Below, piece by piece: positions 32,610-42,075 of a DNA stretch of 45,295 nucleotides. The notes under the pieces were generated by a model. The model made no database searches and was not told the origin of the DNA. It saw only the letters and a program-made list of their open reading frames with translations. The first letter of the stretch is position 1; each line of letters opens with the position of its first letter. Source of the DNA: Firmicutes bacterium UBA1065 (GTDB taxonomy: Bacteria; Bacillota; Clostridia; Tissierellales; Sedimentibacteraceae). The translations under genes and the position numbers were made by a program. Location of the stretch: contig DCDC01000049.1 in NCBI GenBank assembly GCA_002316225.1, positions 1 through 45,295 on the forward strand, in the 5' to 3' direction.

Positions 32610-34022
32610 TTATTTTAGTACAAAGGCATGGACGGCCTCAATCAAAGCAACCACATCAGACCTCTTGACAAGGGATACAGGTTCCCTGTCAACCACTGCA
32701 AGGCAATGGATGCCGTCATACCTGTACAGTTGTATCTTTAGCTTTGGATAGTTTTTATTATCCAGGTAGACAGTCAGGCTGATTTCTTCTATTTCTCCCG
32801 GGCTTTCGTCAGTAAAAGAATCTGCCTTCAGATTTTCCATGGCCTTTTGAAAATCAGTAATGTCCAGCTTTTCTGTCTTATAATAATAGGTTCGGTCATT
32901 GCCTTTTTTCTGGCTGGTTATAATGTAATCATTGCCTTCCAGCCTGATATCAATTTGTTTAATATCGGCAAAATCCGCCGGAAATACCTCAAGATGTCTT
33001 AAAGAATCATAGGATGCCGCCATTAATTCCCTGTAGTCATCAGTTTCAAGCTTATAAACAATCTGGGATTGCCCGACTCTTGCATATGCCGTAATCTCTT
33101 CTTTCTCAGTATTTTTGCTGTCTTTTTTGGAAGCTTTCTCAGCATCCTTTCTTTCTTTCGGATCCCGGCTGATATTTAATACAAAGGTATCTGCAATTTC
33201 TTTATTCTTTTCATCTTTTTCTGTGTATTTAACAGTGACCGTCAGTTCAGGCGAATCCAGACCGTAAGACTTAAGGTCCTCGTCAGATGCCTTATAGGTC
33301 ACATAATCGGTTAAATTCAAGTTGCTGATATTTCTTAAATACTTATCCACCCTTGACTTGTCCAGGGGAAGATTTTTTCCGTTTATATTTGCGATATAAA
33401 CATCATCGTCACTATAAGCACGGGGGCTGTCTTCCTCATATAGGATATTGTATGTCTCCCTTCCTGCAAATTGAATCTCTGTTACCTCATCAAGGGACGG
33501 GATTTTATCATTGTCTATCATGTCCCTCAAGTCTCCGTCAAAGAAATTCAAGGGATCTTTTTTTACCAGGTAAACATTTCCGTCTCCAATGGACACATAC
33601 CTTTGCAAATCCATCTTGCTGTAATCCCCAAGCTTGATTTCATAAGACCTGTCCCCCGTTGATAAATTGATGGTACAAACCGGGTCATCCAAACCATACT
33701 GACCATAATCCTCTACCTCTTCAATGATAAAAGATGCTCCGAATTCCTTGAACAGGTTCAGACGATCATTGATTTTTTCTTCATCCACGGGGAAGGCCTC
33801 ATCTTCATCATAAAACCACTTTTCATCCTTGTGAAAGGCAAGGGTTTTTGATTTGTATTCCCAGGATAAGGACTTTACTGAATCACTTGGTATTTCCAGT
33901 ATGACCTGATCAGTTTCCTTGATTTTTTCCACGTGTTCCTGGTAACGGTTAAGGGCAAAGGTTGACAGGCAGGCAAAGAGCAAAACAGCTGCCAATATAT
34001 AGATTTTCTTAGACCGTTTCAT
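32610..34022 (-). CDS. DUF4340-domain membrane-anchored protein
   Basis: N-terminal TM, repeated YGLDxP motifs; last gene of Gld-like ABC operon. Confidence 0.75.
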   Translation of the reverse strand: MKRSKKIYILAAVLLFACLSTFALNRYQEHVEKIKETDQVILEIPSDSVKSLSWEYKSKTLAFHKDEKWFYDEDEAFPVDEEKINDRLNLFKEFGASFIIEEVEDYGQYGLDDPVCTINLSTGDRSYEIKLGDYSKMDLQRYVSIGDGNVYLVKKDPLNFFDGDLRDMIDNDKIPSLDEVTEIQFAGRETYNILYEEDSPRAYSDDDVYIANINGKNLPLDKSRVDKYLRNISNLNLTDYVTYKASDEDLKSYGLDSPELTVTVKYTEKDEKNKEIADTFVLNISRDPKERKDAEKASKKDSKNTEKEEITAYARVGQSQIVYKLETDDYRELMAASYDSLRHLEVFPADFADIKQIDIRLEGNDYIITSQKKGNDRTYYYKTEKLDITDFQKAMENLKADSFTDESPGEIEEISLTVYLDNKNYPKLKIQLYRYDGIHCLAVVDREPVSLVKRSDVVALIEAVHAFVLK

Positions 34023-35463
34023 TTTGCACCCTCCTTCTTCTGAAAATTATATAAATGCCGGCAGCCAGATAAAGGAGCGGAAAAACACCTATCATTAGAA
34101 CTTTTAACATGGAGGAAACGGAATCGCTGATGGTCAGGTAGTTATAATTCAGTGACTTGCTGCGTATTGCAATGGCTTCTCTCTCTCCTATGAGGGAAGA
34201 TATGGCATTCATTGCCAAATCCACATTAGCCCCTGATGAGTAAGCATTATATACATCTTCCAGGAAACTTGAAGAAGTAAACCATACAATCTTGCCCTCC
34301 TTGGCGGTTTCAACTGAAACTGCCAAGGCAAAGGGACCGTCTATATCCCCTTCTTCCTTTTCATAGGTGGAAATGTCATAACCGGCCAGCTTGCTGAATG
34401 ATGAATTCGAAGTCTTTAACAGTTGGGTCACAGTCTCCCTGCCGTAGCCGGTGTCTATAGTCAGGCCTGATGAAATGGGCATTATAGGATAATAGTGTTC
34501 TTCTATAAGAGTATCTGTTATTTCATGGCTTACCATATCCGGCAGCAGGACGAAAGGTGCCCTGAATGCATAATGCTCCCTGTCCGCCTCAACGACAACA
34601 CCTTCCTTGGCTTCCACTCCGTAGTCCGATAAGAGGCTGTATAAATTTTTCAAGATTCCATCCTCCGTAGGTCCGGCCATAACCAACAGTTTCCCTCCAT
34701 CTTCCACATACTGAGCCAGCATATCCTTTTCTTTTTCTGAAATATCGCTTTTTGGTCCGTATATCATCACAGCATCTGCCTCTTCAGGGACTGAATCATT
34801 AGTCAGTAAAGAAAAAGTTTGAGTTTCTATATTGTCTTTTTCGATTTGCTCACTGAAAACAGGCGGAAGTTCTTCTTCGCCATGCCCTTCCAATACATAC
34901 AGCCTGGGCAATTCTTCGGTAACCACATAATCTATGGCGGAGGTAATGGCCCCTTCCCCGTCAAAAGATGAATTTATAGAGTAAGTATACATGTCCCTTT
35001 CCTGGATATATATATCATCGTAGTTAATAAATCTGAACCGTTCTCCGCTTTCCACGACCAGGCTGTTGTTCTGCACGGTTTCATCCGTATACTGGTCCGC
35101 AAAGGTCGGGTAAACATCCGGATTCTTTTTGACGATTTTAATATGATCAGATAGGCTGTCATATTTGCTGAGAAGATTTTCAATGACCGGGTCTTCCTTA
35201 CCGGACTGGACTATCCAGTAAATAGTCACATCATCCTTTAGCCCGTTTACCACAACCTTGGTATTGCTGGTAATAGAATAGAGCTTTGAAGCACTTATGT
35301 CATATTTGGTCAGGGGAGTCGGCAGATAAGAAACAAAAACATTCACCATAATCAAAATAGCCAGCACTAAAGCACTCACCATCAAAGAATAGGAACCGCC
35401 CCGCATTGCAATCTTGTTGGATTCGGTCCGCCATGAAGACTTAATAAATTCCAGTGCTTTCAT
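34009..35463 (-). CDS. GldG-like ABC transporter auxiliary component
   Basis: N- and C-terminal TMs, EGAITSAI, GHGE, GGKLLV. Confidence 0.8.
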   Translation of the reverse strand: MKALEFIKSSWRTESNKIAMRGGSYSLMVSALVLAILIMVNVFVSYLPTPLTKYDISASKLYSITSNTKVVVNGLKDDVTIYWIVQSGKEDPVIENLLSKYDSLSDHIKIVKKNPDVYPTFADQYTDETVQNNSLVVESGERFRFINYDDIYIQERDMYTYSINSSFDGEGAITSAIDYVVTEELPRLYVLEGHGEEELPPVFSEQIEKDNIETQTFSLLTNDSVPEEADAVMIYGPKSDISEKEKDMLAQYVEDGGKLLVMAGPTEDGILKNLYSLLSDYGVEAKEGVVVEADREHYAFRAPFVLLPDMVSHEITDTLIEEHYYPIMPISSGLTIDTGYGRETVTQLLKTSNSSFSKLAGYDISTYEKEEGDIDGPFALAVSVETAKEGKIVWFTSSSFLEDVYNAYSSGANVDLAMNAISSLIGEREAIAIRSKSLNYNYLTISDSVSSMLKVLMIGVFPLLYLAAGIYIIFRRRRVQNETV

Positions 35464-36326
35464 CAGTTATACCTCCTTTTCTCCAGGGATTGAACGGATA
35501 AGAACAAAAAGAATGCAATGACGGTCAAATAGTACATAATAGCCGTCATGTCAAAAACTCCGTTCACGAAAGCATCAAAACGGTCAAAGAGGGACAAGGT
35601 TGACATGATCCTTGGCAGCAAGCCCTCGAACTTATTCATGTCTATAAGGTATACAGCCATAATCCCCAGGATCAGTATGAAACTGATACCATAGGCCAAA
35701 TTAGTATTCTTAGTCAAATGACGAATAACAAGCCCTAACAGAATGATAATTACACTCATGGCTATAACCGACCCCATAGCCGTTGAAGATACATATTCAG
35801 ATAAGCTGACACTGTAGTAATTCAGGAGTATAACCGCTATACCTATGCCTGCAGCAAATCCCTGGTTATCCGTTAGGGAGGAAATGAATATGCCGACAGC
35901 TATTAAGGCGCTGCCCATAATGAAGAAGGCTAGAATCGACCCGTATGAAGTCAGCAGATAAACATCACCGAAGCGTGAAAAAATCATAGGATACAGACTG
36001 ATAAGGCACAAGGGTATCATGTATACAATCAATAGGGACAAATATTTTCCAACTATCACCTGGGTTGTGGAGATAGGAAGAGAATACAGGAGCTGATCGG
36101 TCTTTTGCTTCCTTTCTTCTGAAATAACCCGCATGGTCAGAATGGGAACGATAACCACGAATATCAGCTTTCCAAAATCAAGTACAAATTCAAAATTGCT
36201 GACGGCTGCCTGTATGTTGTAGAGGACAGCCCCTATTCCTACAAAAGCCAACAAAAATGCGCCAAAAACATAGGCCGTCAGGGAGTGAAAATATAAGCGC
36301 AGTTCATGTTTTAAAACAGCAATCAT
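35463..36326 (-). CDS. ABC-2 type permease (GldF-like)
   Basis: PILTMR, EERKQKTDQLL, GKY; multiple TMs. Confidence 0.88.
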   Translation of the reverse strand: MIAVLKHELRLYFHSLTAYVFGAFLLAFVGIGAVLYNIQAAVSNFEFVLDFGKLIFVVIVPILTMRVISEERKQKTDQLLYSLPISTTQVIVGKYLSLLIVYMIPLCLISLYPMIFSRFGDVYLLTSYGSILAFFIMGSALIAVGIFISSLTDNQGFAAGIGIAVILLNYYSVSLSEYVSSTAMGSVIAMSVIIILLGLVIRHLTKNTNLAYGISFILILGIMAVYLIDMNKFEGLLPRIMSTLSLFDRFDAFVNGVFDMTAIMYYLTVIAFFLFLSVQSLEKRRYN

Positions 36327-37330
36327 TTGGCAGCCACCTCACTTTCACTTTTATTTATAGTGCTTGTTCTTTCTTTATTTTCAACACCATGGTCAGAGTT
36401 TTCCGTAAGTTCGATGAAAACATCTTCCAGATTTGCCTTCTTTAAGGTCATTTCCAGCAGGACCTTGCCCCTTGAAGCAAAGGCAGAAAAAACAGCCCGT
36501 GAAATTTCATAGATATTATCAAGGTCTGTCTTTATATATGCTCTTACATATTCCCCTTCCCTATCCTCAACACCTGTTTCGATAATATGGTCCACCTGGG
36601 CCAGGATCTCCCTGATTTCTTCTTCCCCTGCATCGGTTGTGATAATAATCTCGTTAGGTGCAAGCAATAATTTCTCTAAGTTTTCCGGTTCATCAAAGGC
36701 TATTAACTTTCCTTTGTCAATAATCAGAACCCTGTCACAGATTGCCTGTACCTCGGAAAGGATATGGGAACTGAAAATCACTGTATGGGTCTTGCCCAGC
36801 TCTTTGATTAAATCGCGAATTTCAACAATCTGAATAGGATCGAGACCAACTGTCGGTTCATCCAAAATGATTACTTTCGGGTTTCCAAGCAAGGCCTGGG
36901 CAATTCCAACCCTCTGCTTATATCCCTTGGAAAGGGATGATATACTTTTGTTCTTTACATCATCAAGCTTGGTTTTTTGAATCACCTGGTCAACCTGGTG
37001 GTTAAGGTCTCCCCCCCGCAAGCCCTTGGCTTCGCCTACAAATCTCAGATATTCCAAAGGACTTTCGTTCATGTACAGGGGTGGGTGTTCAGGTAGATAA
37101 CCTATTAGTTTTTTTGCCTTTTTAGGTTCTTCAAAAATATCGTAACCGCCAATAGTTACACGCCCTTCCGTGGCTGACAGGCAACCTGTCATTATGTTCA
37201 AGGTGGTGGTTTTTCCGGCCCCATTGACCCCTAAAAAGCCATATACCTGGCTTTCCTTGATCTCAAAAGAAAGGTCATTGATGGCCGTGTAATCACCGTA
37301 ACATTTTGTCAAGTGTTCAACTAATATCAT
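36323..37330 (-). CDS. ABC transporter ATP-binding protein (GldA-like)
   Basis: GVNGAGKTT, LSKGYKQRV, ILDEPTVGLDP, SSH. Confidence 0.93.
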   Translation of the reverse strand: MILVEHLTKCYGDYTAINDLSFEIKESQVYGFLGVNGAGKTTTLNIMTGCLSATEGRVTIGGYDIFEEPKKAKKLIGYLPEHPPLYMNESPLEYLRFVGEAKGLRGGDLNHQVDQVIQKTKLDDVKNKSISSLSKGYKQRVGIAQALLGNPKVIILDEPTVGLDPIQIVEIRDLIKELGKTHTVIFSSHILSEVQAICDRVLIIDKGKLIAFDEPENLEKLLLAPNEIIITTDAGEEEIREILAQVDHIIETGVEDREGEYVRAYIKTDLDNIYEISRAVFSAFASRGKVLLEMTLKKANLEDVFIELTENSDHGVENKERTSTINKSESEVAAK

Positions 37331-37371
37331 AATTAACCTCCTATCCTTGCTCTCTATGGCGATTATGGATG

Positions 37372-37403
37372 ATTATAGTATTGAATGCTGAAATGATGCT
37401 GAA
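37372..37403 (-). promoter_or_regulatory. OmpR-type direct-repeat box plus -10 for ABC operon
   Basis: Minus strand TTCAGC-atcat-TTCAGC-9 nt-TATAAT. Confidence 0.7.
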
Positions 37404-37459
37404 AACTTTTTGATTAATTCTGAATGATTTACTTAAATGGTCATAAGATTGATTCAAAT

Positions 37460-37495
37460 AAAAAAAGATGAAGACCAGCAAATGTGTTCTTCATC
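37460..37495 (-). terminator. Terminator after histidine kinase
   Basis: GATGAAGA...TCTTCATC stem with A-run. Confidence 0.65.
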
Positions 37496-37521
37496 CCCGG
37501 GATATTGGCTAACCCGTCTAA

Positions 37522-37585
37522 TGTCATCCTGAGCTAAAGCCAAGGAACTCATGAGATCCTTCGGGCTAAAGCCCTCAGGATGACA
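37522..37585. repeat. REP/MITE-like palindromic element (64 bp)
   Basis: 12-bp terminal IR TGTCATCCTGAG/CTCAGGATGACA with internal GCTAAAGC mini-hairpins. Confidence 0.85.
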
Positions 37586-37590
37586 ATTTT

Positions 37591-38799
37591 CTATAGATTT
37601 GGCAGTTCCACGTAAAAACGGTTAATCCCGTCACCGGATTCCACCCATATTTTCCCTCTGTGTCTTTGAACTATCTCCTGGGCTATGGACAGACCCAGGC
37701 CAAAGCTTCCTGTCCTGCTCCTTGCCTGGTCCCCCCGGTAAAAACGCTTGAATATATTTTTTGCCTCCTGGGGAGTAATGACCTCGCCTTCATTAGCAAC
37801 TTCCAGCAAAGTACGCCCTTTTCCGCTTCTTTTTAACCTTATCCATACTTTTCCCCCATCCTTGGAATATTTATGGGCATTATCCAGCAAAACATCCAGG
37901 ACCCGGCACAACTGATCTTCTATCCCTCTAACTTTTATGTTTTCTTCTATCTGAGAGGTCAGGGTTAATCCTCTCTCGAAAAAGACCGGCTCAAAAGGAA
38001 GAAGGGCATCCGAGACCAAGAGGCTAAAATCCACAATAGTGGAAATCTCTTTGTAATCCGTATTATCTGCCTTGGCAAGCTCCAGCATCTGTTCGATCAA
38101 ACCTCGCATCTGCCTTGCCATGGTTAAAATGCTGGATATAAATTTCTGCTTGTTTGTATCATCATATTCCGGACATTGAGCCAGTTCCGCATTTGTCATG
38201 ATAACCGTCAGGGGCGTTTTCAGTTCATGAGAGGCATCCGCAACAAACCGGCGCTGCTGGTCCCATGCTGTTTCTACAGGTTTAACAGCCCATTTGGACA
38301 ACTGGATGCTTATGCCTAAAAATATCATAAAGCTTAAAGCCCCGATGAACAAGCAGGTTTTCAACAAGTTGTCCAAGGTAGCCCTTTCGCTTGTAATATC
38401 GACAAACACAATTCGGCTGTTCAGGGGTGTATTAACCCGGTAATATCTTAAGTTGTATTCTTCTATTACTCCAAATGTCTTATGGGACCGGAAGGCAACA
38501 TCTATAAGGGCATCAAAAAACTCATGGTCTGACAGATCATAATAGCCCCCGTTGATAGCCACCAACTCCCTTTGAAGGCCCAATTGGATAATAAAATAAG
38601 GCAAGCGGACATCATCGCTTATTTCATTTGGTATTCCAAGGCGGAAGGGCCTGCTTGCTATATTTTGCATCATGTTGATGCTCTCTTCCTCAAGATTTGC
38701 CTTGGTAAATTGGAAAATCAGCACGAAAATGATACAAAGCATGATGGTCACTATGCTCATGTTAATAATAACAAATTTAAATCGCAGCCTTTTTATCAT
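37591..38799 (-). CDS. Sensor histidine kinase
   Basis: 2 TMs, H-box DASHELKTPL, LDNAHKY, GLGLSIA. Confidence 0.93.
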   Translation of the reverse strand: MIKRLRFKFVIINMSIVTIMLCIIFVLIFQFTKANLEEESINMMQNIASRPFRLGIPNEISDDVRLPYFIIQLGLQRELVAINGGYYDLSDHEFFDALIDVAFRSHKTFGVIEEYNLRYYRVNTPLNSRIVFVDITSERATLDNLLKTCLFIGALSFMIFLGISIQLSKWAVKPVETAWDQQRRFVADASHELKTPLTVIMTNAELAQCPEYDDTNKQKFISSILTMARQMRGLIEQMLELAKADNTDYKEISTIVDFSLLVSDALLPFEPVFFERGLTLTSQIEENIKVRGIEDQLCRVLDVLLDNAHKYSKDGGKVWIRLKRSGKGRTLLEVANEGEVITPQEAKNIFKRFYRGDQARSRTGSFGLGLSIAQEIVQRHRGKIWVESGDGINRFYVELPNL

Positions 38800-39469
38800 C
38801 CTTACTTACCTCCAGGTGGTATCCCAGCTTGCGTATTGCCTCTATTTGAATATTGGACCCTATGCTTGCAAGTTTTTTCCGTAAGAAGCTGATGTAGACT
38901 TCCACATGATTTTCCACGGCTTCGGAATCATATCCCCATACTTTGGTAAGAATAGCCTCTTTGGAAATTATTCTTCCACCTGCCTGAAAGAGGTACCGCA
39001 TGATGTCAAATTCCCTGGCTGAAAGCTGAATTTTATTATCCCCGCAAATAAGCATGGCAGCAGAAAGGTCCAGGGATGTATTCCCGAATGTGACCTCATC
39101 CACCTGGGCTCCCTGCCTGCGCAAGAGGGCATTTATGCAAGCCAAGAGTTCTCTTATGTCAAAAGGTTTTGTCAGGTAGTAATCCGCACCTGAATTTAAA
39201 CCAAAAACACGATCTTCCAGTTCCGACTTTGCGGTCAGCATCAAAATAGGCACTCCAATCCGCTTGCCTCTGATCCTTTTAGCCACTTCATACCCGTTCA
39301 TTTTAGGCAGCATGATATCTAAAATCAACAAATCATATATGCCTAATTCCGCATATTCTTCTCCCGATTCTCCGTCGTAGACAACATCAACCTCAAAGCC
39401 TTTTTTCTCCAATAAGGACTTGATAGAGTCAGCCAGTAGTTTTTCATCCTCAACAATCAGTATCTTCAA
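38777..39469 (-). CDS. OmpR-family response regulator
   Basis: VEDE, LDIMLP, KPF, wHTH VEVYISFLRKKL; TTG start. Confidence 0.95.
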   Translation of the reverse strand: MKILIVEDEKLLADSIKSLLEKKGFEVDVVYDGESGEEYAELGIYDLLILDIMLPKMNGYEVAKRIRGKRIGVPILMLTAKSELEDRVFGLNSGADYYLTKPFDIRELLACINALLRRQGAQVDEVTFGNTSLDLSAAMLICGDNKIQLSAREFDIMRYLFQAGGRIISKEAILTKVWGYDSEAVENHVEVYISFLRKKLASIGSNIQIEAIRKLGYHLEVSKDDKKAAI

Positions 39470-39498
39470 GGTATTTCACCCCCAAGTTTATATTACTC

Positions 39499-39530
39499 AT
39501 AATACCTGATAAAGCTGAATTGAAGCTGAA
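39499..39530 (-). promoter_or_regulatory. OmpR-type direct-repeat box plus -10 for regulator gene
   Basis: Minus strand TTCAGC-ttcaa-TTCAGC-9 nt-TATTAT, same geometry as 37372-37403. Confidence 0.7.
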
Positions 39531-39561
39531 AATTTTGTAAAACAGAAGATAAATATGCAGC

Positions 39562-39594
39562 AAGAAAAAGCAGAAGAATATTCATCCTCTGCTT
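39562..39594 (-). terminator. Terminator downstream of pduL
   Basis: AAGCAGA...TCTGCTT stem with A-rich left flank. Confidence 0.55.
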
Positions 39595-39644
39595 AATTTT
39601 AAAATAACCAATACATAATTTAATCAATAAACCCACACGCAATT

Positions 39645-39681
39645 ACATGCAGTGGTTTACATAAATTTATTTATGTAAACT
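39645..39681. repeat. Palindromic dif-like/REP-like site, right copy
   Basis: GGTTTACATAA-ATTTAT-TTATGTAAACT (39654-39681) abutting pduL stop. Confidence 0.85.
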
Positions 39682-40260
39682 TTATGGTATTATTACTTCT
39701 ATTTCATCCCCGTTCTTAAGGCCTGCAGCATTTCCTTCTTCTATATCTACATGCATGTCTAAGGCATACGCATCGTTTACCCTTACCAATACATTATCAA
39801 ATGTAAGTCCTCTCGGACCGCCTACTTTAACCTGTACCAGGTCCTTATCCTTAAGACCGTATTTTTCCGCATCAGATGTATGCATATGCAGATGTCTTGC
39901 CGCAACTATAACTCCTTTGTCAAGAACTACTTCACCCTTGGGGCCAACTAATTTCAGCCCCGGGGTTCCTTCTAATTTTCCTGAATCTCTTACGGGAACA
40001 TTATCAAGTCCCAGGGTAAAAGCATCTGATAATGATATTTCAACCTGCGATTCTTTTCTTGCAGGTCCTAATATTCTAACTCCTTTGATTGTTCTTTTAG
40101 GTCCTACCAAATCAACTTTTTCATCACAAGCATATTGCCCGGGCTGGCTTAAATCCTTAATAGGTGTAAGCTCATGGCCTTCTCCGAAAAGTATGTCAAT
40201 ATGGTCTTTGCTTAAATGAACATGTCTGTTTGATAAACCTACTGTAGCTTTAAATCTCAT
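39682..40260 (-). CDS. pduL: PduL-type phosphate acyltransferase
   Basis: SNRHVHLS, LSQPGQY, ARHLHM, MHVDIEE. Confidence 0.9.
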   Translation of the reverse strand: MRFKATVGLSNRHVHLSKDHIDILFGEGHELTPIKDLSQPGQYACDEKVDLVGPKRTIKGVRILGPARKESQVEISLSDAFTLGLDNVPVRDSGKLEGTPGLKLVGPKGEVVLDKGVIVAARHLHMHTSDAEKYGLKDKDLVQVKVGGPRGLTFDNVLVRVNDAYALDMHVDIEEGNAAGLKNGDEIEVIIP

Positions 40261-40343
40261 AACATCCTCCGTATATTAATCTTTATGTGAATTATAATAT
40301 ATAATAGTTAAAAATACAACAATAAAATTAATATTCGGGGACA

Positions 40344-41105
40344 TTATTCAAGATTGAGATCAAAGCCTTGTTTTTTCATTATTCTCAACATTTCTGACCT
40401 TTTTGGAATGGTGTTTATAAGTTTTGTGACAACCTGGTTGCTGAAGCTGTCCACTCTTTTATTTGCTTCTCTCAAATCATAGTAGGTCTGCATTTCTATA
40501 TCGTAATCCTTGATTTCTTCAAGGTAACTATCGAATTTTTTGTAAGTGTTTTCAAATAATCTCAAGTCCATGCTCATTCTTGGCTTAAGCTGGGGATCTT
40601 GATTCGGATATCCGATGCCAAGCCCCAAAACAGGCATGGTCAGCTCAGGCAGGTCCAGGATTTCAATTATTTTTTCCGCATCATTTAAAATGCTTCCCAG
40701 GTATACCACTCCCAGGTCGGCAGCTTCAGCTGCATTAACTATATTTTGAGCCATTAAGCATGCATCCGTAAAGCCCTGGAAAAATCTGTCCATATCCCTG
40801 GCACTCTTTTCATGGCAGCCTTTTTCCCCTGCTATCCTGTAATTCCTGTAGAGGTCTGCAATTAAAATCAAAAGTTCGGGAGCCCTTGCCACATATTCCT
40901 GCTTGCATATAGCGGCAATTTCTTTTCTTTTTTGAGGGTCGGTAACCCTGATTATGGAGCTTGACTGCATCCCGTTGGATGTGGGTGTCCGTCTTGCAAC
41001 TTCCATCAACTGATTGAACAAGACTTCCGGTATTCTTTCATCCTTAAATTCACGAATTGTCCTGTGAGCCAATTGCTTTTGAATCATTAAATTGTCACTT
41101 TTCAT
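40344..41105 (-). CDS. NADPH-dependent nitroreductase/flavin reductase (NfrA-like)
   Basis: HRTIREF, TPTSNGMQ, GYPNQDPQLKPR. Confidence 0.88.
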   Translation of the reverse strand: MKSDNLMIQKQLAHRTIREFKDERIPEVLFNQLMEVARRTPTSNGMQSSSIIRVTDPQKRKEIAAICKQEYVARAPELLILIADLYRNYRIAGEKGCHEKSARDMDRFFQGFTDACLMAQNIVNAAEAADLGVVYLGSILNDAEKIIEILDLPELTMPVLGLGIGYPNQDPQLKPRMSMDLRLFENTYKKFDSYLEEIKDYDIEMQTYYDLREANKRVDSFSNQVVTKLINTIPKRSEMLRIMKKQGFDLNLE

Positions 41106-41193
41106 TTTCTATCTCCTCAATAATAATATTTGTTTATTATATGTTTATCATATACCCTAAAATCAGGCGGTCAATCTTTTTTTATAAACAGAC

Positions 41194-42075
41194 CTATTTG
41201 TTTAAATATTTGTATGTCACAAAATATATTATATTGATAATAGCCATTATGATAAAGAAATAAGAAATATCAATTACCAACCTGTTTTCAGGCATCCAGA
41301 CCGAGGACATGTAAAAGAAAACAGAAGCGGCAATATACAAGTAAACTTTCCTTATATCAAGAACATTCTCCTTCAGTTCTTTTTTACTAATGGTTTTTTT
41401 ATCATTCAACATCTTGTGGAAAAAGGCTTCCTCAGGCAGAATTTTGTTTTTTTCGGCTAAAGAATACAATCCTTCTATATCTATTATGGTTATTTCAAAC
41501 TTATCTTTGAACTTGTCGATAAGCTTGGCGGCATCTTCGCTTAAGCCAGAAGTAGCAACCAAAAAACCTTTCCTGATACCGCTGTTTCCCATAAAAGTCA
41601 AAAGACTTCTGACATCAATTTTTTCAACTTCCGTCCCGTCAAAAAGCTTAAATATCTTTATGCAGCAAATGTAGCCTTCCTTTTCTGCCAAATACAGGCT
41701 TATTCCGCTTTTAACCACATTCTTGTAGCCTTCATTGCAAAAAAACAGTTTTATGAGCAATTCAAAATCACTTGTCTGCATTTCCTCAATTTTGGATGAG
41801 AAGTACTCTTGCTTGATCTTTTTTAAAAGGATGTCCCTCCCCTTTTCGTTCTTCTTTTCCACATTCACTTTATTTACCAGGGTTATTATGGCAAATACCA
41901 AAGATGCTGTCAAAACAGACAGCATCAGGTCCAGGTAGATCAAGTAGGTCAAAATAAAAATAACAAAGCTAATGAGTACCTTAAACAGCATCAAATCTAT
42001 TCTGTAGCTTAGATAATTCTTATTTGCCAGTGCTTCTTTCACATATATTCTTTTTATTTTATTATCCTTAATCAT
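41194..42075 (-). CDS. Membrane protein with central Mrr-like restriction-endonuclease-fold domain
   Basis: 2 N-terminal and 2 C-terminal TMs; DFELLI..EGY, KGFLVATSGLSEDA, IIDIEGL resemble Mrr_cat. Confidence 0.55.
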   Translation of the reverse strand: MIKDNKIKRIYVKEALANKNYLSYRIDLMLFKVLISFVIFILTYLIYLDLMLSVLTASLVFAIITLVNKVNVEKKNEKGRDILLKKIKQEYFSSKIEEMQTSDFELLIKLFFCNEGYKNVVKSGISLYLAEKEGYICCIKIFKLFDGTEVEKIDVRSLLTFMGNSGIRKGFLVATSGLSEDAAKLIDKFKDKFEITIIDIEGLYSLAEKNKILPEEAFFHKMLNDKKTISKKELKENVLDIRKVYLYIAASVFFYMSSVWMPENRLVIDISYFFIIMAIINIIYFVTYKYLNK

